Assembly (NCBI GenBank): GCA_965112735.1
Contig: OZ218965.1
Span: 1 to 64,000, forward strand
Source of the DNA: Phaeosaccion multiseriatum
Taxonomy: Eukaryota > Protista > Ochrophyta, other classes
DNA: 64,000 bases
Direction: 5' to 3'
Below, in pieces: positions 11,788 to 23,710 of the stretch (positions are counted from its first letter, which is position 1; each line of letters opens with the position of its first letter). The notes beneath the pieces were generated by a model, which was not told where the DNA came from, did no database searches, and saw nothing but the letters and a program-made list of their open reading frames with translations. Position numbers and translations under genes: made by a program.

Positions 11788-13754
11788 GCCTCGAGAGCAG
11801 TCACCCCCGTACCCCTAGGGAAGGTGTCCAGCATGACGTCACAAGCGCCCACCTGCAGAGAGCGCAGAGAGTGCAGAGAGACAACAAGGGGGTCGAGGAG
11901 GAGGAGAGTGCGGCAAGCGTTGGTGACTGATGCCTCTGCACAAGAGCTCTGCGACAAGCCGTCCGCTGAGCACCACTAAAACAGCAGTAGCAGCGCGTCT
12001 TTCCCCAAGAGTGGCCATGGTCAGTAACAGACATTGGCCGCGCCCCCTCGTCTCCCCTCCTCTACCCCCCCCACTCAGCACTCACCAGCGCCATCATGTC
12101 CTTGTAGGGCATGTAGTCCACAAGCTCGAGGCGCTGCAGCAGGAGCGGGCCCAGCGAGAGCGCTGCCAGCGAGGCCAGTTCGCCTGCCGATAGCACAGTG
12201 CGAAGGAAGACAAGGAGGCAGCGCCAGGTGCATGAAGAGGCGAGAAAAGGAGGTTAGCGTGAGCTTGCTCAACTCCTTCCTCGATGGGCAGGGACCCTTC
12301 CTTGCCAACCTGATTGCCCTTGAGCGGAAGAATCCTGGCAGACGCATCTGCCTCCAGAATGCCCTTCAGTACCGCGTCGAAGGCCGGGTGGAGCTTGACA
12401 CTCGCCTGAAGGCAGTGAGTGGTACAGCATAGCGTTCGCAGGAACACGTAGAATGCCATCTCGCAGAGAAGCCGCAGCAGACACAGAGGGCGAGTCCGGA
12501 GCACAGGCGGCTCCAGATGGCCATGCGACAGTGAGAGAATCGAAGAGCACAGTCCTGGGCGCCGTCGCCATTTGCCTGTGGCTCTTGCGGCACTTGCTGA
12601 CTTCCTCCGCCATTTTCCAGGCGCCTTTCGGGTCAGTGGAAGTGTGCAGAGAGGACAGAGAGAAGAGAGCAGTGTCAGGATTTCCTCCCCGGCCATTCTC
12701 ACGGGACAGGGAGGTGGCCCGTGGTGTGTTTCACAGCTCAGCTGAGTCAGGCAAAAGTACTTTGGGTATCTCACGAGGCATCCCTTCTCGCTCACCACCT
12801 GCGCTCCTCTCTCGCCGCCAGTGAGGACTGCGTCTCGAACAGATCGGACGAGACAAAGTAGTCTATGCTGCCAGAGCCTGACGTCAAGGGGTGGCCGTGG
12901 CCAAATCCCATCTGCAAGAGCGTTACGGAGAGAGGGCCGGGGGAACGGTGTTTAGTGTTTAGTGGGTTGGCATTGCGACTTGGCAGGGAGAGCTACAAGT
13001 TTCATTTGGTTGAGCGCTTGTCCGCTTACCGTGCATGCGTGTAGATCCTGGCTCCCATGTCCTCCTCGCCCCACATCGCCACCACCCCCGCCGCACAAGT
13101 ATGGTGTCTCCTTTCTCTATCCTCCTCAGTTTCGTGCCCGGCTTCCTCCGTGGCGTACTCGCCTCTTTCCTCACCCCCCCCCCCCCGCCAAACACTCTCT
13201 CTCACCTGCACCGGAGCCAGCCTACCCACCGCCAGGAGCTGAGTGGTGAGGGTGTTCCCAAGCGCCATGACGAGCAGCACGTCCACTCGCGCGGCGCAGA
13301 CGGCTTGTCGAGCAGCCCACGTGTCCGACAGGCTCGGGAAGCTTGATGATGGAGCAGCCACACAACTTCGTCCGCCAAACTAAGCAACGCCGCAGCTGCC
13401 GGGGGATAGTGATGGCCGTGCTGCTCCTCCCCACTGCCACGCTTTCGGCTCCTATCGTCATTTCTATCATCACCTCCATCCCCGACGCCCGATGATGACG
13501 ACAGCGCCACCACTATTGCCGACGACGACTCCGGAGCAAACACAACGATTTGGAAGGCCGACAGATCAAGCTTCTCCAAAACTGGCACCAGCAGACGGAA
13601 TGGGGAGTGGTTGGTGGGTGGGCCTCTCAAACACCACGCCTAGACGGATGCGCTTGGCAGGAGGAGCAGCGGCGCCGCTCGCCGAGAGAGGGGACAAGCC
13701 GTAGGCTATTCCCGATAAGGATGGCGCAAAGGCAACCAAAGAGGCAGACAAGGC
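11788..13754 (-). pseudogene. TPR-GT41 (SPINDLY/OGT-like) glycosyltransferase, catalytic exons, copy A
   Basis: Ordered GT41 motifs across GT-AG introns: RIRLGVV..NHSPFRLL..LDLSAFQIVVF; DVLLVMALG..GRLAPVQ|MGFGHGHPLTSGSGSIDYFVSSDLFE; CLQASVKLHPAFDAVLKGILEAD; DYMPYKDMMAL|VGACDVMLDTFPRGTGVTALEA. Several frameshifts; 3' end replaced by the integrase fragment. Confidence 0.8.
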
Positions 13755-13859
13755 CTGAGTGGGGGTAGGAAAGGGAAGGAGAGGAGAGTCGGCGACGGGA
13801 GGGAGAAGGCGAGGGCAGAAGTTCAACGCAAAGGTATCAATCGCTTTCGGCTGTTTGTT

Positions 13860-13989
13860 CATGTCACAAGGAGAGACTCGAGTTTGTGCCGTACCCTCTT
13901 CTTCTTCGATGTCTGGAAAGCACTCAGACAAGCTCTGGGGGGAAAGCCAGCAGGACAAACGCTGCGTCGTGCATGCTCCTCTCTTGCCT
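13860..13989. repeat. Left direct repeat flanking the ATPase cassette
   Basis: CTTCGATGTCTGGAAAGCA(C/G)TCAGACAAGCTCTGGGG...TGCATGCTCCTCTCTTGCCT is shared with 17272-17371. Confidence 0.85.
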
Positions 13990-14004
13990 AGCCCTTGAGC
14001 AAGC

Positions 14005-14330
14005 CCTGTGATGGGACTGCTCCCCGCTTCGTGGCCCGCGCCACTCGTGCCTTGCCGGTGCAGCAGCTCTGGCAGGACGTACATGTAACGCGAGGTCACA
14101 TGGTCGTTCCCTCCATGCCCCCTGCATTCAGATGCCGTCCATCCCATTCAGCCAGCCGAGTCATCCTCCTTGCGTAGTAGCTAGCCCGTCAAAGTCTGAT
14201 ACCGCGGCGGTGCCTCGCGTGGTGAGCAGCACGTTGGAGGGCATAATGTCGTAGTGGGGGTGAAGGAAGTGCAGCCCAGCCAATTACGTCCCTCAGAATC
14301 TGTGAGGCGCGGACGGTATACGGAAGCGGA
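14005..14330 (-). pseudogene. Protein kinase relic, copy A
   Basis: Degenerate QILRDV..HYDIMPSNVLLTTRGTAAVSDFDG..GT..Y..PE (subdomains VI-VIII), frameshifted; paralog of 20815-21150. Confidence 0.65.
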
Positions 14331-14672
14331 GACCCGCTCAATGGAGAGCGAGGGTTGGAAAGGGATAGGCCCAGCTCTTTGCGGCTCCCGTCAGTGCTCT
14401 GCGCGAGGGCAGATCGTGCGCGGCTCCAACTGCCCACTGCCTCGCGGCTTGCAGGACACACCACCCCGGAAACCACGGACTGAAGTTGACATCCGATAGC
14501 TTTATAGAAAGAAGCGGGTCCAGTATCGTAGTCGGAGGAGGAGGTAGATTGGGAAGGCAAGAGTCACTGTGTGTGGTGGAGTGTGTGCGGAGAAGAGAGG
14601 ATCAGCGGCGTTTTTTTTTCTTCCCCCTTGCTTGGCTTGCCACCCTGTCCAAAAGCAACTTTATCCAAGAGC

Positions 14673-16830
14673 ATGCGGGTGCTCATGCTTTTGCTGCTGG
14701 GGGTGGTAGCCCATCTTGGGCTGGCCTTCAATTCCGGCGGACCGGCGCTTAACATTGGCGGGCCACACTCCCCCGCCGCCGAAGCTCCCACCAGGAGCAT
14801 CATGAAGTATGGTAAGAGAAGAGGTTGGGAGGGGCTGGCGCTTTTGGGCTTGGTGAGATTTCTCTCGCCTCCTCTCTCTCTCTCTCTCCTCTGTCTCTAT
14901 CTCGCTGAGTTTGTCTCTGTCTCTTTCTGTTCCAGTCTGCGTTGAATCCCCCCTTTGTATCTGCCCACTCGGTCTGAGTGCGTATTTTTTTGGTATTACT
15001 CTCTTCCCCTGTTGCTCTCTCTCTCTCTCTCTTCCTGTGTCTCCCTCCCCTTCAGTCCGTGCTCCTCTCTGTCTCCCTCCGCAATACTGGTTTAGGGGGC
15101 CTTACTTTGGCATCACTCTGGGGCTCTCGTCCAAGTGTATGTGCTCTCTGTCTTTGCCGCGCTTTCTTCCTGTCTTGTCCGCTTTGAATTCCCATGCTGT
15201 GCCGGTCTGACCTGCCCGCACACCCTGTGTCCTATGCCCATGTTGTGCTCCTTTGCTTCTTCGCAGGCCGTGACTTCGTCCCTGCTGGGCTTTGTACGGC
15301 GTGGCGGGGCTGGGCCGTAGCGAGTGGCCCCTGTGGGAGTCTCACTCGTGGCGTGTCTTCTGTGCTGTGCATGCAGCACGATAATGGAGAGCCTCCCTCG
15401 AGGCGGTGGGATGGTACGTGCCATGGCGTGGGCTTGTAGGGAAGAAGGCATGCTCTCGTGCTGCTCGCTCACGTCAGGGTTTTGCTCGTTTCGTATCAGG
15501 CACGGCGGAGCTGCCCCGTATCAACCACGGCGCCTACCTGAACACATTGAAGAAGTACGTGTCTAAGACTCCGGTGAGGCACGTCCTGATGGTTTGGGGC
15601 CGCAAGTCGGTGGGCAAGACCCGCACCATGCAGGAGGCCATCGAAGAGTGGAGAGCAGAGGGGAGGGTGGTGGTGGAGATCGATCTAAAGACGGTCAAAA
15701 TTGACTTCGAGACACTTCCTTCCATGATGTGGAGAGAATACTTCAAAGAGGTTCAGAGAGTGGGCGAAGATGGAGCCGTTAATGCCACCTTGGCTGAAAT
15801 GGTCTCCAACATCCCCACGATCATGGAGGAAGGCATGCAAAAAGTAAGGACTGTTTTTGAGCAGCTGAAGACTGATATCAGTGCCAAGGATGATGATCCA
15901 CTGGCGAAAGCCCTAAGCTCTCTGAGCGTAGGCGAGACTTCTGCCATCCCCCTGGCCGCGGCTAAAATTGTTCGGACCTTTTTGGAGGGTGATCCTGGGG
16001 TCACCATTTACAATGAGCTACTGAAGGAGTTGGAGAGAAACGCAGAGAGGAGCGAGAAGTCACCTCTGCTCATTGTGAGGGATGTGCAGGACCTGGTCAC
16101 AGTGGACGAAGGCAATCCCACAACGGCAGGTGAGGCTGTGTTTGACACACTTTTTTCGAATTTCAGGAATCGAAAGCAGGGAACCTCTAGGGTACCTGTG
16201 ATCGTGGAGAGCTCCGAGTATCTCTGGAGCAACCTCCAAAAGTATTTGCAATCTTCGCCGGACTCGTTTGAATCCTGTGAGGTGGGCCTGTGGCCCAAGG
16301 AGGAGGCGCGCAGGGAGCTTGTGCGTGGGGCAGAGCGTCTTGATGACGGCAAGCGCATCGAGTTCTTTACCGCAGATGAGTTTGAGCAGCTGTGGGATGG
16401 GGTGGGGGGGCATGCGGGACAGGTCTATACAGTGCACTCCAGGCTCCGCAGTGGAAAGACTCTGAAGGAGGCCCTGGAGGTCACACGGAGAGGAATGGCG
16501 GGGGTACTTAAATCCACCGTTAGAGCTGCGCAAGGAGTCGACTTTGCAGCTTTCCTTGAGGAGGAAAAAACGCCTGTGTACCGCGCCGGGTTTGCTGCCA
16601 GGGATTGCCGCCTGCGCGTGCTGGAGAAGCTGCATGGGTCTCCTCTGCAGCTTTTGCGCAGTGATGTGACGGACACAAAGGAAGAGCTCAGTCTCCAGTA
16701 CCTGCTTAAGAGCAATGTGCTGTGGGAGGAGGAGGAGAGCGATACCATCGTTCCGATACATAGGGCTTTTGAAAACGCCATCAAGGCAATGCTTAAGAGG
16801 CGTAGAGCGGCGACGGCGGCGGTGGAATAA
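14673..16830 (+). CDS. Leader-bearing STAND-like (archaeal ATPase/ATPase_2-like) P-loop NTPase, copy 1
   Basis: Exons 14673-14811, 15267-15413, 15500-16830 join in phase across GT-AG introns. Hydrophobic leader MRVLMLLLLGVVAHLGLA-F; Walker A GRKSVGKT; Walker B-like LLIVRDVQ; sensor strand VIVESS; GGH motif; C-terminal winged-helix-like region. Confidence 0.8.
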
Positions 16831-17271
16831 GCTACAACGGGGGGCGGAGATACGAAGAGCATTGCTAAGGGCAAGGCTAAGGGAACCAAGGGCACTGCTG
16901 CCGCTGCTCCTAAGGGCAAGAGGAAGAGGAAGACCACCCCCAAGGCAAAGGAGGATGTTCCCAAGGCGTGAGATTCAGCTGAGGAGGACTAACATTGGAG
17001 ATACAGCACACGCACATTTGGCGGTACAGCAGAAACAACAGCAATTAGACGTGTATCCGAACCGCTCCTCGGCGAACACACAGCCCTTGCTTGTATGATA
17101 GGGAGTAGGTGGACGTATGTAAGTACAAGTAGGGTGTAGGATGAAGGAAAGTTGAAGGTCGAGGAGGAGGGCAGTGAGCTGCTGAAAGGAGGCCGCCTGA
17201 GGGGGTCTCTGTTGACTTCGGTGGCGCATTCATGAACGGATCTTTCTCTTTCAATTACAAATCATAGTTTA

Positions 17272-17371
17272 CATGTGACAAAGAAAAAGGAAATCTGTGT
17301 CCTCTTCCCCTTCGATGTCTGGAAAGCAGTCAGACAAGCTCTGGGGAGAAATGCATGCTCCTCTCTTGCCT
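17272..17371. repeat. Right direct repeat flanking the ATPase cassette
   Basis: Diverged direct copy of 13860-13989 with an internal deletion. Confidence 0.85.
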
Positions 17372-17500
17372 GAAACTCTCAAGGGTAAGCAAATGCGGCC
17401 CCTTGACGCCATATCAACCCTCCCCCCCCCCTCTCAGACATCCGCAGCCACGCTCACCAGGCGACGGTACAGTAGTTGGGGCTAAAGAGCAAGCACGTAC

Positions 17501-18320
17501 CTGCATTAGCGGACGCATGCTGAATCCCATCCACTGCCACGCATAACTCGGTATCATGCATGTTGGTAATTTCCTTAGCAGGGTCGTATCCTTGACGTGC
17601 TCCATTCTCGTGTCCCTCGAGGTGCTCCTCGCGGTGCTGCGACTCCTCCTGCTGTCGTCGCTGCCGCTCCTGCTGCTGCCGCTCCTGCTGCTGTTCTGCT
17701 GCAGCTCCCCAAGGAGGTCCTGCATGGCTTGGAGCACGAGTGTGTACCTCGACAAGGCATCCTCCGAAGACTCGAAGTGGGCAGGCGCCGCTGCGGCGTT
17801 GATGAGCCTTACTCCGAGGCGGTCTGGCCGGCGCTGGACGTGCTCGGTGAAGAGATGACGCATCTGGGGCAAGCTGTTGGAGTGCTGCAGGCGGCCTCCG
17901 TGGAAGAGCGGCGCCGCTGCCATGTTCGCGAGACAGGAGAAGAGAGCGCACGCCGGGTGGTGGGGTGGTAAGCAAAGATGCATTCATTCACATGTATCAA
18001 CGCAGAGCCCGAAGGGGGCAAAAACAAGCTTCCGGAAAACCCAGCAATTCCAAAGTTGGGGCACAGCCTCTTGGCGGGCGATGCTGCAAGGTATGAGTGA
18101 CTCTCAACGCGAAAGGCAGGGTTAGCGGAGTATGGAGGGCGCGTGAGTGACAACTGCCTACAACTTGCCTACGTTGTCCGGGTCGAGTCTCAGAGGCGGA
18201 GACTCTCCTCGAACATGGCGTCTGCGGAGGCCTCCAGGGACACGAGGTTGGCCGCCAGGGTTGATGCAAGGGAGGGGAGAGACAGCACCTGGAGCAAATC
18301 AAGCGCAGCAGCCACAGGTT
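17501..18320 (-). pseudogene. Probable 5' exons (TPR/linker) of the same GT41 gene
   Basis: TPR-like AMFEESLRLDPDN / CLANMAAA.LFHGGRL. Exon ends WMGFSMRPLMQ|GT in phase 0 and would splice to the phase-0 acceptor at 13754 (ALSASLVAFAPSL), resembling the pre-catalytic segment of TPR-GT41 proteins. Confidence 0.55.
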
Positions 18321-19859
18321 GAGAAGGGAGAGCTGCGCCCGGGGAGAGCCCGGGCTGAGCAGGAGGGCTGAGAGGGAGATGCAAGAAAAAGAGCTCACAG
18401 TGCAGTGCATTACGAGGAGTGGGCGAAGTGGCGAGGACAAGAGAGGGGAAGGGGAGAAAGAAAGGTAGTCAAGTGAGAGGTAAGCACACCAACTCATGCC
18501 CGCATGAAGCCCCTCCTAAGACAATCCCTTAGCTCTGTCTGTCTAAGATGGCACAACAGGACCCACCTCTGCCAATGAGCTCCATCGCGTGTACGACATC
18601 TTCAACGCTGACAACTTGCTCTGCCCCTTCTGCTCCATCCGGCACTCCTTCCAACAGCAGCTGCGCCTCGCGAAGCAGGGCCTCAACTCCGTCTTCCACA
18701 GGCCTCTTGTCTCCAGTCCCATGGCCTATCCCGCCGTCTGCAGTCTTTTGCTGTTGAGCCTGGACCGAGCTCGCCGTTGTGAACAGGGCAAGATCTCAAG
18801 TTTCCCCCAAATCGGAGGGAGGAGGACGGCTGCACCGAGAGCAAAACCACACCGGCCTTCCCTGTCAGTAGCAGGGCCACGAGCACCGTTTCCAGCCACC
18901 ACACGAGGCGGACGTGGACAGAACCAGCCATCCGCCTTCCCCGCTGCGCCTCATGTCGAATCCACCGTCGCCAAGTCCATCTGGTGCCATCCTTTGCATC
19001 CTAATATCTTTATGACTGCCTGATGTCCGTTATATGTACTGAGGCAATGACTGAGGCTCTAGGGGCAACACGAGATATCACAGCTGCCAAGATGTCATGT
19101 CTTGACCGAACGATCGACCTTCGATACACACCTGGGACGGGTCGACTACAGCTGCGAGTAGCAGCATGCTCTGCCCCCAGGGGGCACGTATCGCTACTCC
19201 TTGTGGCCTCTGCCGTGAGTGCCACAGATTCCTCCCGCTGGCCACTTGCGAATGGGAGCACAGCGAGCACCACCTCCTGAAGCTGTGCTGAGTGGACGTC
19301 TCTCCCTCGTGCGTCTTCCACCGCTTTGCTCCCAAGTAATCAACCCCCCCCGTTTTGAGAAAGCCTTCCCATTCTCGAACCACCGCATCTGCAGGAGTTG
19401 AGCCGCGATCATCGCCCCGGTCACCACCGAAGCTGGAATGGTCAGGATCAGCATGGATGGAATCGAAGTCAGCGGAAGCCCAATGAGCGGGTGCCGCCGA
19501 GCCTTGATCTCCCGCCTGACCAAGTCGCGAGCAGGCCCTTCCTTTCTGGCCAAGCGCAATCGTCCAATTCCGTCACGATGAGGCCAGAGGTGAGCACGTC
19601 CCCTCCCAGCTGCAGCACTTGACAGACACCCTGTGAGAGAAGGAGGGGAAGGTACAAGAGAGGAGTAGAGGCCAGTCGAAGTCGAGGTCTGTAAGGCCAT
19701 GGCTCACGCCAGCAGCAGGAGGTCTGAGGCCAGGTCACCAAAACATTACATCAACAGCTTCCTATCTGGTTTCCTCTCCAGAGCAGGGGCCGTGTGAGGC
19801 GGTGTACTGCTGTCCCCAGTGGTGCCCGCCCCACAGCCCTCCTAAGCCCTGTCTCGCTG

Positions 19860-20762
19860 CAAAAACGAGCAACGCACCTAGAACGAAGAGTGACGACAGG
19901 CACACCCAGAGCGGAGGCCTCGAGAGCAGTCACCCCCGTACCCCAAGAGATGGTGTCCAACATGACATCACAAGCGCCCACCTGCAGAGAGCGCAGAAAG
20001 ACAATAATGGGGTCCATGAGTAGGAGAGTGGTTGGGTGACTGATGCCTCTGCTCAAGACCTCTGCGACAAGCCGTCCGCTGAGCACTTCAAGCTCAGCAG
20101 CAGCGCTTCTTTCCCAAGGGCGGCAATGCTCAGAAAGGGACACTGTCCACGCCCCCTCGTCTCCCCTCCTCTACCCCCCCCCACTCAGCACTCACCAGCG
20201 CCATCATATCCTCGTAGGGCATGTAGTCCACGAGCTCGAGGCGCTGCAGCAGGAGCGGGCCCGGCGAGAGCGCTGCCAGCGAGGCCAAGCACAGTGCGAA
20301 GGGAGGCAAGGAGACCGGGCCGCGTGCGTGAAGAGGCGAGAAAAGGAGGAGAGGCGAGAAAAGGGGGTTGGCGTGAATTTGCTCGAATCCCTCCTCAATA
20401 CCATAGGGAGGGACAGGGACCCTTCCTTCCCTTCCTTACCCACCTGATTGCCCTTGAGGAGAACAATCCTTGCAGACGCATCTGCCTCCAGAATTCCCTT
20501 CAGCACCGCGTCGAAAGCCGGGTGGAGCTTAACATTCGCCTGAAGGCAGTGAGTGGTACAGCATGGCGTTCGCAGGAACATGTAGAATGCCATCTCGCAG
20601 AGAAGCCGCTCCAGACACAAAGGGCGATTTCGCAGCAGACACGCCTCCCGACGACCATGCGGCGGTGAGAGACTCAAAGAGCACGAACTGCTCCGTGTAG
20701 TCCTGCGCGCCGTCGCCGTTTCCCTGTGGCTCTTGCGGCGCTTGCTGACTTCCTCCGCCATT
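19860..20762 (-). pseudogene. GT41 glycosyltransferase fragment, copy B
   Basis: AQDYTEQFVLF..CLQANVKLHPAFD..MPYEDMMAL|VGACDVMLDTISWGTGVTALEASALGVPVVTL. Duplicate of 11788-12612, sharing the same 4-bp frameshifting insertion. Confidence 0.8.
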
Positions 20763-21909
20763 AGAGGGGAGAGCTGTGTCAAGATAGAGAGGGGAGGGTT
20801 GTGTCAGTAAGCCCTGTGATGGGACTGCTCCCCGCTTCGTGGCCCGCGCCACTCGTGCCTTGCCGGTGCAGCTGCTCTGGCAGGACGTCACGCAAGGTCA
20901 TGGTCGTTCCCTGCATGTCATGCCCCCTGGCTGCATTCAAACGCCGTCTATCCCACTCAGCCAGCCGAGTCATCCACCCACCTTGTGTAGTAGCTAGCCC
21001 GTCAAAGTCTGATAGCGCGGCGGTGCCTCGCGTGGTGAGCAGCACGTTGGAGGGCACGAGGTCGTAGTGCACGAGACCGTTGGCGTAAAGGAAGTGCGGC
21101 CCAGCCAATACGTCCCTCAGAACCTGTGAGGCGCGGACGGTAGACGGAAGCGGAGAGCCGCTCAATGGAAAGAGATAGGCCCAGCTCTCTGCGGCACCCG
21201 TCAGTGCTCTGCGCGAGGGCAGATCAGTGCTCTGCGCGAGGGCAGATCGTGCGCTGCTCCCACTGCCTCGCGGCTTGCAGGACACACCACCCCGGAAACC
21301 ACGAAACAGCAATGTCGCCCCCCCACCAAATCCCAAATCCAGCCCGACAACTTTATATATAGAAAGAAGCGGGTCCGGTATCTTAGGCAGAGGAGGAGGT
21401 AGATTGGGAAGGCACGAGTGACTGTGTGTGGTGGAGTGTGTGCGGAGAAGAGAGGATCAGCGGCATTTTTTTTCTTCCCCCTTTGCTTGACACCCTGTCC
21501 AAAAGCAACTTCATCCAAGAGCATGCGGGTGCTCGTGCTTTTGCTGCTGGGGGTGGTAGCCCATCTTGGGCTGGCCTTCAATTCCGGTGGACCGGCGTTT
21601 AACATTGGCGGGCCACACTCCCCCGCCGCCGAAGCTCCCACCAGGAGCATTAAGTACGACGGTAAGAGCAGCATTGTGGTGGTTTGTGATGCTGGGAGGG
21701 GCTGGCGCTTTTGGGGTTGGTGAGATTTCTCTCGCCTCCTCTTTCTCTCTCTCTCTCTCCTCTGTCTCTATCTCGCTGAGTTTGTCTCTGTCTCAACTGC
21801 GTTGAATCCCCCTTTGTATCTGCCCACTCGGTCTGAGTGCGTGTTTTGCGGTCTTTTGGGGCAGGCGGTGTGTCGGTATGGGCGTTTGGTATTACTCTCT
21901 TCCCCTGTT

Positions 21910-21959
<50 letters not shown>

Positions 21960-23710
21960 TGTGTCTCCCTCCCCTTCAGTCCGTGCTCCTCTCTGTCTCC
22001 CTCCGCAATACTGGTTTAGGGGGCCTTACTTTGGCATCACTCTGGGGCTCTCATCCAAGTGTATGTGCTCTCTGTCTTTGCCGCGCTTTCTTCCTGTCTT
22101 GTCGGCTTCGAATTCTCATGCTGTGCCGGTCTCACCTGCCCGCACACCCTGTGTCCTATGCCCATGTTGTGCTCCTTTGCTTCTTCCCAGGCTGTGACTT
22201 CGTCCCTGCTGGGCTTTGTACGGCGTGGCGGGGCTGGGCCGTAGCGAGTGGCCCATGTGGGAGTCTCACTCATGTGTCTTCTGTGCTGTGCATGCAGCAC
22301 GATAATGGAGAGCCTCCCTCGAGGCGGTGGGATGGTACGTGCCATGGCGTGGGCTTTTAGGGAAGAAGGCATGCTCTCGTGCTGCTCGCTCACGTCAGGG
22401 TTTTGCTCGTTTCGTATCAGGCACGGCGGAGCTGCCCCGTATCAACCACGGCGCCTACCTGAACACATTGAAGAAGTACGTGTCTAAGACTCCGGTGAGG
22501 GACGTCCTGATGGTTTGGGGCCGCAAGTCGGTGGGCAAGACCCGCACCATGCAGGAGGCCATCGAAGAGTGGAGAGCAGAGGGGAGGGTGGTGGTGGAGA
22601 TCGATCTAAAGACGGTCAAAATTGACTTCGAGACACTTCCTTCCATGATGTGGAGAGAATACTTCAAAGAGGTTCAGAGAGTGGGCGAAGATGGAGCCGT
22701 TAATGCCACCTTGTCTGAAATGGTCTCCAACATCCCCACGATCATGGAGGAAGGCATGCAAAAAGTAAGGACTGTTTTTGCGCAGCTGAAGACTGATATC
22801 AGTGCCAAGGATGATGATCCACTGGCGAAAGCCCTAAGCTCTCTGAGCGTAGGCGAGACTTCTTCCATCCCCCTGGCCGCGGCTAAAATTGTTCGGACCT
22901 TTTTGGAGGGTGATCCTGGGGTCACCATTTACAATGAGCTACTGAAGGAGTTGGAGAGAAACGCAGAGAGGAGCGAGAAGTCACCTCTGCTCATTGTGAG
23001 GGATGTGCAGGACCTGGTCACAGTGGACGAAGGCAATCGCACAACGGCAGGTGAGGCTGTGTTTGACACACTTTTTTCGAATTTCAGGAATCGAAAGCAG
23101 GGAACCTCTAGGGTACCTGTGATTGTGGAGAGCTGCGAGTATCTCTGGAGCAACCTCCAAAAGTATTTGCAATCTTCGCCGGACTCGTTTGAATCCTGTG
23201 AGGTGGGCCTGTGGCCCAAGGAGGAGGCGCGCAGGGAGCTTGTGCGTGGGGCAGAGCGTCTTGATGACGGCAAGCGCATCGAGTTCTTTACCGCAGATGA
23301 GTTTGAGCAGCTGTGGGATGGGGTGGGGGGGCATGCGGGACAGGTCTATAAAGTGCACTCCAGGCTCCGCAGTGGAAAGACTCTGAAGGAGGCCCTGGAG
23401 GTCACACGGAATGGAATGGCGGGGGTACTTGACTCCACCGTTAGAGCTGCGCAGGGAGTCGGCTTTGCAGCTTTTCTGAAAGTGCCGGGTAAGGATTGGG
23501 ATGACGCAGGGTTTGATGCCGAGGATTGCCGCCTGCGCGTACTGGAGAAGCTGCATGGGTCTCCTCTGCAGCTTTTGCGCAGTGATGTGACGGACGCAAA
23601 GGAAAAACGCAGCATTGAGTACCTGATCCAGAGCAATGTGTTGTGGTATGATGTGAAGAGCAAGACCATTTCTCCGATGCATAGGGCTTTTGAAAACGCC
23701 ATCAAGGAAG
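19915..23710 (+). repeat. Segmental duplication of 11785-12612 + 13999-16790
   Basis: Colinear high-identity match covering the GT41 piece, kinase relic, ATPase promoter, introns and exons. Confidence 0.9.
20815..21150 (-). pseudogene. Protein kinase relic, copy B
   Basis: SQVLRDVLAGPHFLYANGLVHYDLVPSNVLLTTRGTAALSDFDGLA..MQGTTMTLRDVLPEQL: degenerate HxDxxPxN, DFG and APE motifs; no N-lobe. Confidence 0.7.

Noticed and set aside
13860-17371. Direct repeats as LTRs of a retroelement
   Set aside because: No clear TG..CA termini, primer-binding site, polypurine tract or gag/pol between them.
18548-19750. Short exon-like pieces (VYDIFNADNLLCPFCS; WCHPLHPNIFMTA, WD40-like; a hydrophobic stretch)
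   Set aside because: Too short and broken to assign; probably more subtelomeric debris.
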